Origin: an uncultured Gammaproteobacteria bacterium
GTDB taxonomy: Bacteria; Pseudomonadota; Gammaproteobacteria; JAADHQ01
Direction of reading: 5' to 3'
DNA: 64,000 bases
Assembly: GCA_947258755.1 (NCBI GenBank)
Contig: CAMYJO010000002.1
Span: forward strand, 208,909 to 272,908
A program made the translations under genes and the position numbers. The notes below the pieces were generated by a model. The model had not been told where the DNA came from, searched no databases, and saw only the letters and a program-made list of their open reading frames with translations. Numbering within the stretch: position 1 is the stretch's first letter; every line of letters begins with the position of its first letter. Of this stretch, positions 42,556 to 53,155 are shown piece by piece.

Positions 42556-44106
42556 ATGAGCAAGCAAGACAAACTCATTATTTTTGATACCACCCTTAGA
42601 GACGGTGAACAGAGTCCGGGTGCATCAATGACCGGTGATGAAAAGGTACGCATCGCCAGGGCACTCGAACGCATGCGTGTCGATGTCATCGAAGCGGGTT
42701 TTCCCATTGCCAGTCACGGTGATTTCGAGGCCGTGCAAAGTGTCGCCAAAGCGATCAGCGACAGTACCGTTTGTGGCCTGGCGCGAGCTTTGGATAAGGA
42801 TATTGACCGTGCCGGTGAGGCGCTGAAACCAGCCAACTCTGCACGAATCCATACCTTTATCGCCACATCCCCGATCCATATGCAAATGAAATTGCGTATG
42901 CAACCCGAACAGGTGATTGAGCAGGCCGTACGTGCCGTCAAAAGGGCGCGCCAATATACTGATAATATCGAGTTCTCCCCAGAAGACGCCGGTCGTTCCG
43001 AGCCGGAATTTTTATTTCGCATCCTCGAGGCTGTGATCGATGCCGGAGCAAGCACGGTCAATATCCCGGATACCGTGGGTTATAACCTGCCACATCAGTT
43101 TGGTGATCTGATCAAACAGTTGATCGAGAATGTGCCCAATTCAGACAAGGCCGTTTTTTCAGTGCATTGTCATAATGACCTGGGGCTCGCGGTTTCTAAT
43201 TCCTTGTCGGCGGTTCTGAATGGTGCGCGCCAAGTGGAATGCACTATCAATGGACTCGGGGAACGTGCCGGTAACGCAGCTTTGGAAGAAATCGTCATGG
43301 CGGTGCGTACACGTCAGGATATGTTCAGTTGCGACAGCGACCTTGATGCCACCCAGATCGTGACCTGTTCGAGACTGGTAGCCAACATCACCGGCTTTCC
43401 GGTACAGCCGAACAAATCGATTGTCGGTGCGAATGCCTTCGCGCATGAATCCGGCATTCATCAGGACGGCGTTTTAAAGAGCCGCGAGACCTACGAAATC
43501 ATGCGTGCCGAGGATGTGGGTTGGTCCGCCAACCGCATGGTGCTGGGTAAGCACTCCGGGCGCAATGCTTTCAAGACCCGATTGGCTGAGCTGGGTGTTG
43601 AGTTTTCTTCCGAGGAGGAGCTCAATGACACCTTTGCCCGCTTTAAAGACCTGGCCGATAAGAAACATGAGATCTTTGATGAAGACCTGCAGGCGCTGGT
43701 GACCGAGTCCAATCTGGAAGCCGAGAATGAGCGTTATAAGCTGGTCGCGCTGAAGGTCTGTTCGGAAACCGGCGAGATGCCGACATCGAGTATCACGATC
43801 AGTGCGGATGCTAAAGAGATGCAATGCAGTGCGCAAGGCGGAGGTCCGGTCGATGCGTCGTACAAGGCCATTGAAGAAATGGTCCATAGTGACACGCAGC
43901 TACAATTGTATTCGGTCAATAATATCACCAGCGGTACTGACTCACAGGGTGAGGTGACAGTGAGGTTGGAAAAAGCGGGCCGGATTGTCAACGGCCAGGG
44001 TTCAGATACCGATATTGTGGTCGCTTCCGTTAAAGCGTATATCAATGCCCTGAACAAGCTTGAGCAAACTTCAGCTCGTGAGCATCCGCAATCGGCTGAT
44101 GTTTAG
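42556..44106 (+). CDS. leuA: 2-isopropylmalate synthase
   Basis: [32 protein letters not shown] and C-terminal regulatory domain. Confidence 0.97.
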   Translation: MSKQDKLIIFDTTLRDGEQSPGASMTGDEKVRIARALERMRVDVIEAGFPIASHGDFEAVQSVAKAISDSTVCGLARALDKDIDRAGEALKPANSARIHTFIATSPIHMQMKLRMQPEQVIEQAVRAVKRARQYTDNIEFSPEDAGRSEPEFLFRILEAVIDAGASTVNIPDTVGYNLPHQFGDLIKQLIENVPNSDKAVFSVHCHNDLGLAVSNSLSAVLNGARQVECTINGLGERAGNAALEEIVMAVRTRQDMFSCDSDLDATQIVTCSRLVANITGFPVQPNKSIVGANAFAHESGIHQDGVLKSRETYEIMRAEDVGWSANRMVLGKHSGRNAFKTRLAELGVEFSSEEELNDTFARFKDLADKKHEIFDEDLQALVTESNLEAENERYKLVALKVCSETGEMPTSSITISADAKEMQCSAQGGGPVDASYKAIEEMVHSDTQLQLYSVNNITSGTDSQGEVTVRLEKAGRIVNGQGSDTDIVVASVKAYINALNKLEQTSAREHPQSADV

Positions 44107-44128
44107 AGTTAAGGATCGGTAATCTCGC

Positions 44129-44866
44129 ATGCACGAGCAGCTTCGACAACAGTATCTACAGGCAATGGGTATCCAGTTATGGGAACCGAAGATCAAGCCT
44201 GTCCTGGATGAAGCGCCGGCAGTGGACGCTGAGCCCGTACCGGTGATAGCTGATACAGAGCAGGCTGTTGCCCCAGTTGTTGATAGTAGCGCACAGGCCC
44301 TGCCTGATTGGCCGCTCTTGCAGCAAAACGTGGAATCCTGCACGGCCTGTGACTTGCATGAAAACCGCATCCATACGGTGTTTGGTACTGGCAACCGATC
44401 GGCGAAGATTATGTTTATCGGCGAGGCCCCAGGTGCAGACGAAGACCGCCAGGGTGAACCCTTTGTCGGCCGTGCCGGTCAGTTGTTGAATGAGATGTTG
44501 TTCGCGATCGGCTTTAGTCGGGAGCAGGTCTATATCGCCAATATACTCAAATGCAGACCACCGGGTAATCGTGATCCCAGGGTGGATGAAATCAATACCT
44601 GCAAGACCTTTCTGCAACAGCAAATACAACTGATCCAGCCCGAGCTGATTGTAGCCTTGGGTCGGATAGCAGCCCACCATTTGCTCAAGACAGATACCAG
44701 CCTGGCTAAACTACGCGGCCAATTGCATAGCAGTCCGGGCATCGATGTCCCTGTTATGGTGACCTACCATCCGGCTTATCTGTTGCGCTCGCCGCAGCAG
44801 AAACGCAAGGCATGGCAGGACCTTGTTATGTTGCAGCAACAACTGAGTACGGAGCAACCGGCATGA
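44129..44866 (+). CDS. Family-4 uracil-DNA glycosylase with a psi-like N-terminal peptide
   Basis: CTACDL, GEAPGADED..G.PFVG.AG, NILKCRPP.NR.P, TYHPAYLLR; N-terminus RQQYLQAMGIQLW. Confidence 0.92.
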   Translation: MHEQLRQQYLQAMGIQLWEPKIKPVLDEAPAVDAEPVPVIADTEQAVAPVVDSSAQALPDWPLLQQNVESCTACDLHENRIHTVFGTGNRSAKIMFIGEAPGADEDRQGEPFVGRAGQLLNEMLFAIGFSREQVYIANILKCRPPGNRDPRVDEINTCKTFLQQQIQLIQPELIVALGRIAAHHLLKTDTSLAKLRGQLHSSPGIDVPVMVTYHPAYLLRSPQQKRKAWQDLVMLQQQLSTEQPA

Positions 44867-45327
44867 GCGCCATCCTCAGTCCAGGCAACATGAAAATGCG
44901 TGCCATGCTTGAGGAAGACATGGATTCGGTCATCCATATTGAGGAGTCCGCTTATAGTCACCCCTGGACCCGTGGTATTTTCAAGGATTGTATGCGTGTC
45001 GGTTATCATTGCCAGATATTGGAGCAGGACGGCATTATTCATGGTTATGCGGTGATGTCCGAGGCCGTCGGCGAGGCGCATATATTAAATGTGTGTGTGC
45101 ATCCGCGATCTCAGCGCATGGGTTTGGGGCGTTTGCTGGTCAATCACCTGCTCGATGCCGCCCGGCGTATGCGCGCCGAAATCATATTGTTAGAGGTTCG
45201 TCCATCCAATAAGGCCGCACTGGCCTTGTATCATGATATCGGTTTCTGCGAGGTTGGAACACGTAAGCACTACTATCCCAGTGACAATGGACGCGAGGAC
45301 GCATTGATCCTGGCCTTACACCTGTAG
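44863..45327 (+). CDS. rimI: Ribosomal protein S18 alanine N-acetyltransferase
   Basis: HPWT, EAHILNVCV.P..Q..GLG, LEVRPSN, RKHYY, REDA. ATG at 44863. Confidence 0.93.
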   Translation: MSAILSPGNMKMRAMLEEDMDSVIHIEESAYSHPWTRGIFKDCMRVGYHCQILEQDGIIHGYAVMSEAVGEAHILNVCVHPRSQRMGLGRLLVNHLLDAARRMRAEIILLEVRPSNKAALALYHDIGFCEVGTRKHYYPSDNGREDALILALHL

Positions 45328-45417
45328 CCCTGGCGCGCGTGTAGCGCTCGCTGAATACCTGCAATCAACACCAATCTACTGTAGAATAACGCGTTTTAAG
45401 CGTAAAGAATTAATATC

Positions 45418-47007
45418 ATGTCCTTCGAGGAAGCCATAAGCCAGCGTCGTACCTTCGCCATTATTTCGCATCCGGATGCGGGCAAGACGACCTTGACCGA
45501 AAAACTGTTGTTGTTCGGGCGTGCTATTCAGCAATCCGGTACAGTCAAGGGCCGCAAATCTGACCGCCATGCGACCTCTGACTGGATGGAGATGGAAAAG
45601 GAACGTGGTATCTCGGTGACCTCATCGGTGATGCAGTTCCCTTTTAATGGCAAGATAATGAACCTGCTCGATACACCCGGGCATGAGGACTTTTCCGAAG
45701 ATACCTACCGTACTTTAACGGCAGTTGACTCGGCCTTGATGGTCATCGATTGTGCCAAAGGCGTCGAGGCCCGCACCATCAAATTGATGGGTGTTTGTCG
45801 TCTACGTACGACGCCGATTATTACCTTTATCAACAAACTTGACCGTGAAGGCCGTGATCCGATTGAATTGCTGGATGAAGTCGAGAGTGTGCTGGATATA
45901 AAATGTGCGCCTATTACCTGGCCGATTGGTATGGGTAAGGCCTTCAAAGGTGTGTTCAACCTAAAAGAAAATCGCATACACCTGTATAGCGCCACACACG
46001 GCGGCAAAATACAGCAGGGTGAAATCATAGATGGGCTTGATAACCCACGCCTGGATGAAGTGTTGGGTGATCAGGCGCAGGAATTGCGCGAAGAGATAGA
46101 ACTGGTGCAGGGCGCAAGTCACGAGTTTGATCTCGATGCCTATCTGGCTGGTGAGTTGACCCCGGTATTCTTCGGTTCTGCTATTAATAACTTCGGTGTG
46201 CAGGAATTACTCGAGGCCTTTGTTGAATATGCACCGGCGCCGCAAACGCGAACAACCATAAGCCGGACCGTTGAGCCGGTCGAGGACAAGCTCAGCGGCT
46301 TCGTTTTCAAGATACAGGCGAACATGGATCCGCAGCATCGTGATCGTATTGCTTTTATGCGTATATGCTCCGGACACTTTGCCAATGGCATGAAACTGCG
46401 CCATGTGCGTATTGCTCGTGATGTCAAAATCAGTAATGCAATCACCTTTATGGCTAGTGAGCGTGGTCAGGTTGAAGAGGCCTTTGCCGGTGATATTATT
46501 GGCCTGCATAATCACGGCACGATACAGATTGGTGATACCTTTACTCAGGGCGAAGACTTGCAATTTACCGGCATCCCAAATTTTGCCCCGGAACTATTCC
46601 GTCGGGTTGTGCTTAGAGATCCACTGCGCATGAAAGCATTGCAAAAGGGCTTGATTGAATTATGTGAGGAGGGTGCCTCGCAACTTTTCCGGCCACTGAA
46701 TAAAAATGATTTAATCCTCGGTGCTGTCGGTGTCTTGCAGTTCGACGTGGTCGCCTTCAGGCTGAAGGAAGAATACAATGTGGAATGTACTTTCGAGAAT
46801 GTCAATGTGGTCACTGCGCGATGGGTGTCTTGTTCTGATGAGAAGAAGTTAGAGGAATTTCGTAACAAGCTCTCTGATAATCTGGCCATCGATAGCGGCG
46901 GTAGTCTTGCCTATATTGCACCGACACGTGTTAATCTCGAATTGGCTATGGAGCGTTGGCCTGAGATTGAATTCCATGCGACCCGTGAGCATGGTATACC
47001 GTCCTAA
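45418..47007 (+). CDS. prfC: Peptide chain release factor 3
   Basis: [38 protein letters not shown]. Confidence 0.97.
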   Translation: MSFEEAISQRRTFAIISHPDAGKTTLTEKLLLFGRAIQQSGTVKGRKSDRHATSDWMEMEKERGISVTSSVMQFPFNGKIMNLLDTPGHEDFSEDTYRTLTAVDSALMVIDCAKGVEARTIKLMGVCRLRTTPIITFINKLDREGRDPIELLDEVESVLDIKCAPITWPIGMGKAFKGVFNLKENRIHLYSATHGGKIQQGEIIDGLDNPRLDEVLGDQAQELREEIELVQGASHEFDLDAYLAGELTPVFFGSAINNFGVQELLEAFVEYAPAPQTRTTISRTVEPVEDKLSGFVFKIQANMDPQHRDRIAFMRICSGHFANGMKLRHVRIARDVKISNAITFMASERGQVEEAFAGDIIGLHNHGTIQIGDTFTQGEDLQFTGIPNFAPELFRRVVLRDPLRMKALQKGLIELCEEGASQLFRPLNKNDLILGAVGVLQFDVVAFRLKEEYNVECTFENVNVVTARWVSCSDEKKLEEFRNKLSDNLAIDSGGSLAYIAPTRVNLELAMERWPEIEFHATREHGIPS

Positions 47008-47380
47008 ACTTCCTGGCAGGTGGTCTGGAGGGTGGTTTAGATTGTTTGAATTGCCCCAGATAGGTTGATGTTTTTGTCTTATAAAATGGTGTTTTACCGA
47101 TTTTTTTATATTTAATTGTGAATTAGACCATTATGATTAAAGGGAAGCTTTATCCCTCAATGTAATATCAAGATTTAATGGATGTTGAATTCTCACTGTC
47201 CTGAAAGCGATTTTTGTAAATATTGGTGTCAATCAAAACAAAAATCAACATGTTGAATACTTGTTCAGTAAACTCGATATGGTGGACAAAGAGTTTTAAT
47301 TCTTTCTAAGCTTAAATTAGGATATGATTACTCTGACTATTCAACCGTGGGTAGGTAGTATATGGGGCAGGATTAATAGT

Positions 47381-48169
47381 ATGCGGGTAAATTTCACACG
47401 GCGTATTCGTGATGCTCTGATAAGCGTGCTTGTGCCAGGAATAGTGGCCTGTGCAGCACCTGTCACCAGTCCAGAGCCGTATACGTTACAGCATGCTCGT
47501 AGACTGGAGGCCAGAATTGATGCGCAAACAATAAGCGTATCACCCACGAGAGCAATAACGGATTTACGGCAGGCATTACATCTGTATTCCTTGGCTGATG
47601 ATCTCGAAGGGCAGGTCCGTTGTCACCTGAAACTTATTCGTATTTATATCAGTCTCGAACAGACCGATACTGCAATGCAGTATTTGCAAAGTGCAAAATC
47701 CATTGCCAATACATTACAGTTACCCGAATACCTTTATGGCAGCTATTTGCTTGAAGCACGCTTGAGTGGTAAAAAGTCGGATTTTGAAACGGCCCTGAAA
47801 TGGTCTACAAGCTCTATTCAGCGAGCTGTGGTGCTGACCTATCTGTCCAGAGTGGATGAGGGATATCGGCTGATAGTGTCAAAAATGGATCAGGCTGAAG
47901 ATTCCCCGGAAGATTTTGCCTTTGTGCTTTACGAATATGCCCGGAAGCAGCGGCATGTTGGTGCAGGGGGAAATGCCCTGGTGCTGTTCAAGCAGATTGA
48001 TCATCACCTGGGAGTACGCAATACTTTACATCTGTTGGCGAAGATTTATAAGGAAAATGGTCGGCTTGAGCTGGCCAAACAATATTTTCAACGAGCGCGC
48101 GTAGTCAGTATCTCGCTTAACGATACAGCCAGGACTCGGATTATCGAGGCAGAACTGGACAGGTTCTAG
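47381..48169 (+). CDS. TPR-like helical lipoprotein
   Basis: MRVNFTRR...IVAC lipobox and TPR-like helices (LAKIY..NG..ELAKQYFQRA). Confidence 0.65.
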   Translation: MRVNFTRRIRDALISVLVPGIVACAAPVTSPEPYTLQHARRLEARIDAQTISVSPTRAITDLRQALHLYSLADDLEGQVRCHLKLIRIYISLEQTDTAMQYLQSAKSIANTLQLPEYLYGSYLLEARLSGKKSDFETALKWSTSSIQRAVVLTYLSRVDEGYRLIVSKMDQAEDSPEDFAFVLYEYARKQRHVGAGGNALVLFKQIDHHLGVRNTLHLLAKIYKENGRLELAKQYFQRARVVSISLNDTARTRIIEAELDRF

Positions 48170-48173
48170 GATT

Positions 48174-48959
48174 ATGCTGGAAGCGATTGGAAGGCATGTA
48201 CTTCAGGCACTAAAACGTAGCAGCGATATACTGGGCTTATTAGCCCTGCTTGTCTCATCTAGACTCTCCATTGCGCACAGTAGTCGAAGGCTTGTTTTTT
48301 ACAAGTTGTATAGGTTGCAAATTTACTATACAGGGATACAGGGTTTTTATGTTACAGCGATCGTCTCCATACTGATAGGTTCCCTGCTGGTATTCAGACT
48401 CCCCGCTATATCACCGGCCGAACAGACTGTTACCGTATTTTCGGAGTTGTTTGTTGTGGTCATCATTCGCGAGTTGGCCCCTATTATGTGTGCATTGATT
48501 GCGATCGTTCGATCCGGTACTGCGGTAACCGCAAAGATTGGCTACCTTAAAATGTCTGGAGAATTTGAAATAGCCAAAACCCTCGGTATTGATCCTGTCC
48601 ATCTATTTCTGGTGCCAGTGTTTTTTGCTTTTCCAATCTCGATGCTGATGATGCTCATCTACTTTCTGTTTTTCAGTATGACCGCTGCATTCATAACTCT
48701 GTGGTTGCAGGATACGGGGATTGGCGCTGCGTTACTGATTGATAATATTCTTGAACGAGTGCAACTTTATGAAATTCTTGTTATTGTGATTAAATGCGTC
48801 TCCAGCGGGTTGGTAATTGGTTTGTATGCGATCCATTATGGCTCGACAGTCGAGGCGCGCCTGGCTATGGTTGCTCGCGGTATGTCCCTCGCTACGACCC
48901 GGGCTTTAGTGTTGGTGCTTTTTATCAACATAATGATATCGATATTGGCGTATCAATGA
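48174..48959 (+). CDS. MlaE-family ABC permease (divergent)
   Basis: QIYYTG, IIRELAP, RSGTAVTAKIG, LGIDP and several TM helices. Confidence 0.85.
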   Translation: MLEAIGRHVLQALKRSSDILGLLALLVSSRLSIAHSSRRLVFYKLYRLQIYYTGIQGFYVTAIVSILIGSLLVFRLPAISPAEQTVTVFSELFVVVIIRELAPIMCALIAIVRSGTAVTAKIGYLKMSGEFEIAKTLGIDPVHLFLVPVFFAFPISMLMMLIYFLFFSMTAAFITLWLQDTGIGAALLIDNILERVQLYEILVIVIKCVSSGLVIGLYAIHYGSTVEARLAMVARGMSLATTRALVLVLFINIMISILAYQ

Positions 48960-49627
48960 TGACTTTGCGCGTGCAGGATTTACAGATACCTTGTGATTCT
49001 GAAACTGTCATTAAGAACATATCCTTCAAAGCCGATGAGGGGGAATGCATTGTTATTAATTCGAGCGTGCTTTTACTTGGTACCTGCCTGTTGCAGGCCT
49101 TGGCGGGTATGGTCAGCGGTGTTGCTGGTCAACTGGTCTTTCAGGGTAAAGATCTAGCGGGTACACTTCCTTCCAAAGAGTTTTCTAAATTACGTGAGCA
49201 GATAGGGTATGTCTATCGTCACGGTGGGCTCATAAGTTTATTAAATGTCACTGACAACATTGCTCTGCCGCTGGCCTATCATTACAATATTAGTCGAAAG
49301 GAGCTTGCCGAAAACATTCATCGAGTTGCCACTCTCCTGGGTATCAACGAGCTGCTGGAGCTCGTTCCCGATGACCTGAATGTGACGCAGACACGTATGG
49401 TCAATTTGGCGCGAGCATTGATCAGTCGGCCTCGTTTAATCCTCATAGATGCTATTTTCGATGGGATGCCGAATATACATAAGCAGGTAGTGATCGATGC
49501 AATACAAAAGACCCAGGCTGAAGAGCGTTTTGCACTAGTTATGACTACCCGGCAACATCAGTTATTAGAACTAGCGACGGCTGCTTATGAGCTCACAGAA
49601 AACGGACTGGAGCAATCTACACTGTAA
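48956..49627 (+). CDS. MlaF-like ABC subunit with degenerate catalytic motifs
   Basis: ABC scaffold (KNISF, IGYV, NV.DNIALPL, LARALISRPRL) but no Walker A Lys, LSGGQ, Walker B Glu or switch His. ATGA overlap with the permease stop. Confidence 0.8.
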   Translation: MMTLRVQDLQIPCDSETVIKNISFKADEGECIVINSSVLLLGTCLLQALAGMVSGVAGQLVFQGKDLAGTLPSKEFSKLREQIGYVYRHGGLISLLNVTDNIALPLAYHYNISRKELAENIHRVATLLGINELLELVPDDLNVTQTRMVNLARALISRPRLILIDAIFDGMPNIHKQVVIDAIQKTQAEERFALVMTTRQHQLLELATAAYELTENGLEQSTL

Positions 49628-49629
49628 TT

Positions 49630-50640
49630 ATGGATAACCAGGGAAATCAGCCATATAAGATCACCTACATTGACCGCCTGGTTGGTTTTATCGTGCTTGC
49701 TGTACTGATAGTTATTGTCGCAGCTATCGTATTGCGCTATCAGGAAATCGGACCGGGTGTCAGTCGCGTCAATTACTATACAGTCCTCAATCAGGCTCAT
49801 AATATTGTGCGCGGCACTGACGTTCGCCTGGCTGGCATTCCCATTGGTCAGATAGAGAGTGTAACTCTACGAAGGGATGGGAACGTACGTGTGGATATTG
49901 TCATCTCTGATGAGTATAGGGAGTTTATTACAGAAGGATGCCGTTTGCGTGTGGCATCCTCGTTTGGCTTGAGTGCACTTATCGGCTGGACCGGTCTGCA
50001 TCTTATTCCAGGTGAAGAACCTGGTGAAACTCTGGAAGAAGGATCATTAATCGAAGCACTTCAGCCCGTAGAATTAGCAAAGACATTCAGTGACGTGGAG
50101 CTGAATAAAATGGCAGAGAACGTCAAGACAATTCTACGCAATCTCTCCGATATCAGTCGTGCGATAGGTGAAAGCGAGAACGCTATTTCTGCTACGCTTG
50201 AAAACTTGTCTGGAGTTACGCAAGATTTACGCGGTGCCGTCAATGCTGTTTCTGCAGCAGCGGCATCAGCGCAAACCGGATTCATGGCGTGGTCCGAAGC
50301 GGGGCAGAGCGTTCAAAATATTGTAGATGCATCTGATGAGGATATCAGGATGAGCGCCATCAACGCCAGAAAAGCATCGGAACAATTGAATGAATTGCTG
50401 CAAGAGCTGGGGACTGTGGTTGGGCAGCTAGGGCATGTCGTAAAACAGGTTGAAGTCGGAAGCGAGCATATCCCCACGTTGTTTTCTGAAGGGCGCATCC
50501 TGGTGGAACGTGCTAACGAGCTTACAGAACGACTTAATCGGCACTGGCTGTTGGGTGGGTCCTCACAACAGAAAAAATCTTACTACCCAAGGGTCCATCC
50601 TATCCCCGACCCAGAGTTGCCATTACCCGTTACGGAATGA
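49630..50640 (+). CDS. MCE/MlaD-family protein with long helical extension
   Basis: N-terminal TM (VGFIVLA), MCE motif GTDVRLAGIPIGQIESV, long amphipathic helices, C-terminal HWLLGG. Confidence 0.88.
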   Translation: MDNQGNQPYKITYIDRLVGFIVLAVLIVIVAAIVLRYQEIGPGVSRVNYYTVLNQAHNIVRGTDVRLAGIPIGQIESVTLRRDGNVRVDIVISDEYREFITEGCRLRVASSFGLSALIGWTGLHLIPGEEPGETLEEGSLIEALQPVELAKTFSDVELNKMAENVKTILRNLSDISRAIGESENAISATLENLSGVTQDLRGAVNAVSAAAASAQTGFMAWSEAGQSVQNIVDASDEDIRMSAINARKASEQLNELLQELGTVVGQLGHVVKQVEVGSEHIPTLFSEGRILVERANELTERLNRHWLLGGSSQQKKSYYPRVHPIPDPELPLPVTE

Positions 50641-51039
50641 GTATAATACTTGATAAATATCTCTTGCCTGTACGGCAATCAATGCAGTATGAAGTCATTT
50701 TACAGCCTATAAAAGGGTGGTGTCATAATGTATAGCTGGGTTGCCCAAGGGTTATGGGTGTGGACTCTTTTGTCAAGATAATACAGAAAATGTTGCTAAT
50801 GTTGCGGTGGAAGTCTTACATGAATAAGGGTCTTTTTAACTATTTGTAAGTAAGCGATTGGCTTAAATAAGTAATGGCAGAACAGGTGCAGGAATATTTA
50901 CCTGGAAAATATAATTAAACCTTGATTCAGACGAACAGTATACGGTTTCCAAATATCGCAATTCTTGTTAGTCTAGGCGGTAATTATTATCTAAAAAAAA
51001 GAGTTTCTCGTCCGCTTGATTTTCTAAGCAGGGAGAATA

Positions 51040-53155
51040 TTGAATTGTGAAAATATGTTAAATGTCATCATCAAGGTAATTCTCAGGCTGGCTTTTCGTA
51101 TACAAGTCAGAGGGCTGTCTCATTATGATGCGGCGGGTGACAGGGTTCTTGTCATTGCCAATCATGTGTCACTGCTGGATGCATTAATTATTAAACTCTT
51201 TTTGTCGAATGACCTTGCCTATGCGATAAATAAATCGGCAGCCGATCGTTGGTGGGCCAAACCTTTTGTGCATATTCTTGATTTTTGTGTGATTGATACA
51301 CATAACCCGCTGTCGCTAAAAAAACTGATTGATTTTCTGCAACAGGACAACAAGGTTCTGCTGTTTCCTGAAGGGCGACTATCGAATAATAATTCGTTAA
51401 TGAAGATCTATCAGTCGACAGGGATGGTGCTTGATAAAACAGACGCGACTATCGTACCGGTACATATAGAGGGTAGTCAGTATTCATTTTTCACGCGTGC
51501 CCAGGGTACCGTCAGGCGCAGGCTTTTCCCGAAGATCACGTTAACTGTTTTGCCAGGCGAAAAAATGAAACTGGCCGATGAGCTCAAGGGGCAGAAGCGT
51601 AGAGAAGCATCGGTTGAATATTTAACAGCATTGATGCGCGAAGCGAAGTTTCAACGGCGGACGTCATGTCATTCTTGAAGATATTAAGCGTAAGCCGCTT
51701 AATTACAATCAAGTTATCTTCCGTATTATTCTGCTTTCCCGATTACTGGAAAAAGAGACCAGTCAAGAGCAGGCTGTAGGTATGTTTTTACCCAACACGG
51801 TTATTGCAACTGTCATGGTCTATGCCTTGAGTTTCAGTGGTCGATGTCCGGCGATGTTGAACTATGGTGCAGGTAAAAAAGCATTATTGAGTAGTATTAC
51901 CAACGCCAACATACAATATGTTTATACATCGCGAGCGTTTATAAAAGAAGCCGGCCTTGAAGAACAGTTGCAGGCCATGAGTGAGCATACGCAGGTGCGT
52001 TATGTTGAAGACATGGCGGCGCAGTTAAGTCTCGGTAGCAAGATTAGTAGTTATTTCATAAGTTTTTTTGCAGGTAGTTATTATAAAAAATTCGAGCAAT
52101 CCATTTCAGCTGATGATACTGCTGTCATCCTGTTTACATCGGGTTCAGAGGGTCTGCCAAAAGGTGTGGCACTGAGCCATAGGAATTTGTTAGCAAACTG
52201 TTGGCAAGTGATTTGTATACTCGATTTTAGTCACAAAGATGTATTGTTGAACTTTTTACCGATCTTTCATTCCTTTGGCCTGACGGCCGGAACCATTTTG
52301 CCGCTTGAGCACGGCATACGCTTTTTACAATATCCTTCGCCCTTGCACTATAAAATCATACCCGAGTTGGTGTATGAAACCGATACCACGGTGATCTTTG
52401 CAACCAATACCTTCCTTAATGGTTATGGTCAGCAGGCCCATCCCTATGATTTTCATACATTACGCTATGTGTTTGCCGGTGCCGAATCACTGCAGGAGTC
52501 GACAGAAAACTTATGGCTGGAAAAATTCGGCATACGAATCCTGCAGGGTTATGGTGCGACTGAAACCTCGCCTGTGTTGGCAGCGAATACCATGTTGACC
52601 TATAAAAGAGGCGCGGTCGGTCATCTGGTGCCGGGTATGGAATATCGATTGATTGATGTCCCAGGTATAAATAATGGAGGTCAGTTGCAGGTCAAGGGGG
52701 CGAATGTGATGAAGGGCTACTTGCTGGCGGATCGCCCCGGTGAGATTGTTCCGCCTTCAACCCCGGAGTCTGGTGCTGGCTGGTATGATACCGGGGATAT
52801 TGTTGATATAGATGAGGATGGCTATCTTTTTATTCGAGGCCGCGCAAAACGCTTTGCCAAGATCGGCGGCGAGATGATCTCGCTGGTTGCGGTAGAGAAC
52901 ATGGTCGCAAAGACCTGGCCAGATTATTTGCATGCCGTCATCAGTATGGCAGATGAATCCAAGGGTGAGCAGCTGATTTTATTTACCGAATTCAGTCAGG
53001 CTGACCGTAAGAGTTTGATCGCACAATTCAGGCAGGAAGGCCTGAGCGATTTGCACATCCCCAAAAAAATAAAATTGATCGAGCAGTTGCCTTTATTGCC
53101 TAGTGGTAAGATAGATTATGTTGTTTTGCAGGAAGAAATTGTGTCGGCATTGTGA
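51040..53155 (+). pseudogene. aas: Aas (lysophospholipid acyltransferase / acyl-ACP synthetase), split near 51652
   Basis: The 5' ORF has PlsC motifs NHVSLLD and FPEGR. The 3' frame has FTSGSEGLPKG, GYGATE, YDTGD and RFAKIGGE. The two frames join out of register. Confidence 0.75.

Noticed and set aside
47008..51039. Mobile genomic island at prfC
   Set aside because: The spacers are AT-rich and the content looks accessory, but I saw no integrase, transposase, tRNA or flanking direct repeat.
51640..51680. Programmed ribosomal frameshift in aas
   Set aside because: No canonical slippery heptamer or stimulatory structure, and residues appear to be missing, which fits a deletion or assembly error.
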